Positions 29,381-30,108 of a stretch of DNA of 30,108 bases are shown here, piece by piece (position 1 is the first letter of the stretch; each line of letters opens with the position of its first letter). Origin of the DNA: Actinomycetota bacterium (GTDB lineage: Bacteria > Actinomycetota > Acidimicrobiia > Acidimicrobiales > CADCSY01); contig JACOTK010000067.1 in assembly GCA_016178435.1 (NCBI GenBank), forward strand, positions 1 through 30,108, written 5' to 3'. Both the position numbers and the translations under genes were made by a program. Below the pieces are notes generated by a model. That model saw only the letters and a program-made list of their open reading frames with translations, did no database searches and was not told where the DNA came from.

Positions 29381-29683
29381 GCGACCTTCTTCTCCCGACC
29401 ACCAGTGAAGAACTGGTCGCTGGCCGATCTCGCACGGTCCAGCGGGATCGAATTGGAAGCGGCGGTCTGTTCCGGCATCACGGGCTGGTCGAAAACGGGA
29501 TTAAATCACGGTCTCAAATGACATCAGTAGGTGGTCCAAAGTGGCATCGTGGTCGATGGACCGGACGGCTGATCCGTCTCAACATGTGGGGACTCTCTGA
29601 ACGGGTGATAGTCGGGTCCACGGCCGCCCCGAGTCCGCTCAGGGTCCTGGGCGAGGCCGACCCCGGAATGCTTGCCGCTCCCA

Positions 29684-29929
29684 CATCGGCTCTTCGCCAA
29701 TTTCTTCGTCCTTGACATCGTGCCGGCGTGGCTGACGAATCGGCTGTAGCGACTCGTCAAGACGCCGAAGCGGTACATCACGGATCCATCGCTCATCGCG
29801 GCGGTACTCCGAATGGACTCCCGAAGTGTCCTACGTGACGGGGGTGTCCTGGGTCGTGTCCTCGACACCTTCGTCGCCGCGCAGCTTCGACCCGAACTGG
29901 CGGTCAGCAGTCTGCGGCCGAGGCTCTTC
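29684..29929 (+). pseudogene. Internal fragment of an AAA+ ATPase/DUF4143-type gene
   Basis: Not in the ORF track. Reads HRLFANFFVLDIVPAWLTNRL*RLVKTPKRYITDPSLIAAVLRMDSRSVLRDGGVLGRVLDTFVAAQLRPELAVSSLRPRLF, with TAG at 29747-29749 and both ends missing. Confidence 0.75.
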
Positions 29930-30108
29930 CGACCGGCCCGCGGCGTGGCCGGCCTCGACCAGCGCGATGCGCAGCCACTTGGAGCCGTGGCGTGTCCGGC
30001 CCGACCCGCGTTTGCCGGCGGACTCGTTGTTGCCGGGGCACATGCCTGCCCACGACGCGAGGTGTCCGGCGGTTGGGAAGCGGGACATGTCGGTGCCGAT
30101 CTCGGCCA
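29930..30108 (-). mobile_element. IS110-family recombinase/transposase, C-terminally truncated; 5' part outside the window
   Basis: AEIGTDMSRFPTAGHLASWAGMCPGNNESAGKRGSGRTRHGSKWLRIALVEAGHAAGRS is the IS110 C-terminal domain. Similarity stops at about 29930. Confidence 0.9.

Noticed and set aside
29377-29482. Short minus-strand ORF (MPEQ...LDRARSASDQFFTGGREKKVA) coupled by ATGA to the Zn-ribbon ORF, possibly an integrase tail
   Set aside because: An in-frame stop lies just upstream and no catalytic tyrosine-recombinase motif is visible.
27652-29749. Amber suppression or TAG recoding, since two broken genes both contain TAG near a tRNA-Tyr
   Set aside because: The tRNA anticodon is GTA, not CTA; TAG ends normal genes here (nuoN, nuoA, nuoI, nuoL); single-base nonsense mutations suffice.

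Overview
High-GC actinomycete-like chromosome segment (class Acidimicrobiia is an inference from gene style only). It contains the 3' end of one complex I cluster (partial nuoL, nuoM, nuoN) and a complete second 11-subunit cluster nuoABCDHIJKLMN that lacks nuoEFG. Between them, on the opposite strand, lies a three-gene module: GNAT-fold protein, pyruvoyl-dependent arginine decarboxylase, and a membrane-GAF-PAS-PAS-GGDEF-EAL protein. Its upstream region holds a 22-bp direct repeat, a short uORF, a 12-bp palindrome and a 10-bp tandem repeat. After the second nuo cluster come a MidA/NDUFAF7-type methyltransferase, acs, a HAD phosphatase, htpX, an M23 peptidase, a DUF2786 protein, a HEPN-motif gene broken by an amber codon, yajQ and tRNA-Tyr(GTA). 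The window ends in decayed mobile DNA (Zn-ribbon ORF, AAA/DUF4143 fragment, truncated IS110). The best candidate for an undescribed system is the GNAT + Arg decarboxylase + c-di-GMP sensor module, possibly an agmatine-derived signal circuit. Second is the 11-subunit complex I with a remodelled NuoD quinone site and an adjacent arginine methyltransferase. All family calls come from motif recognition by eye; no database searches were run.
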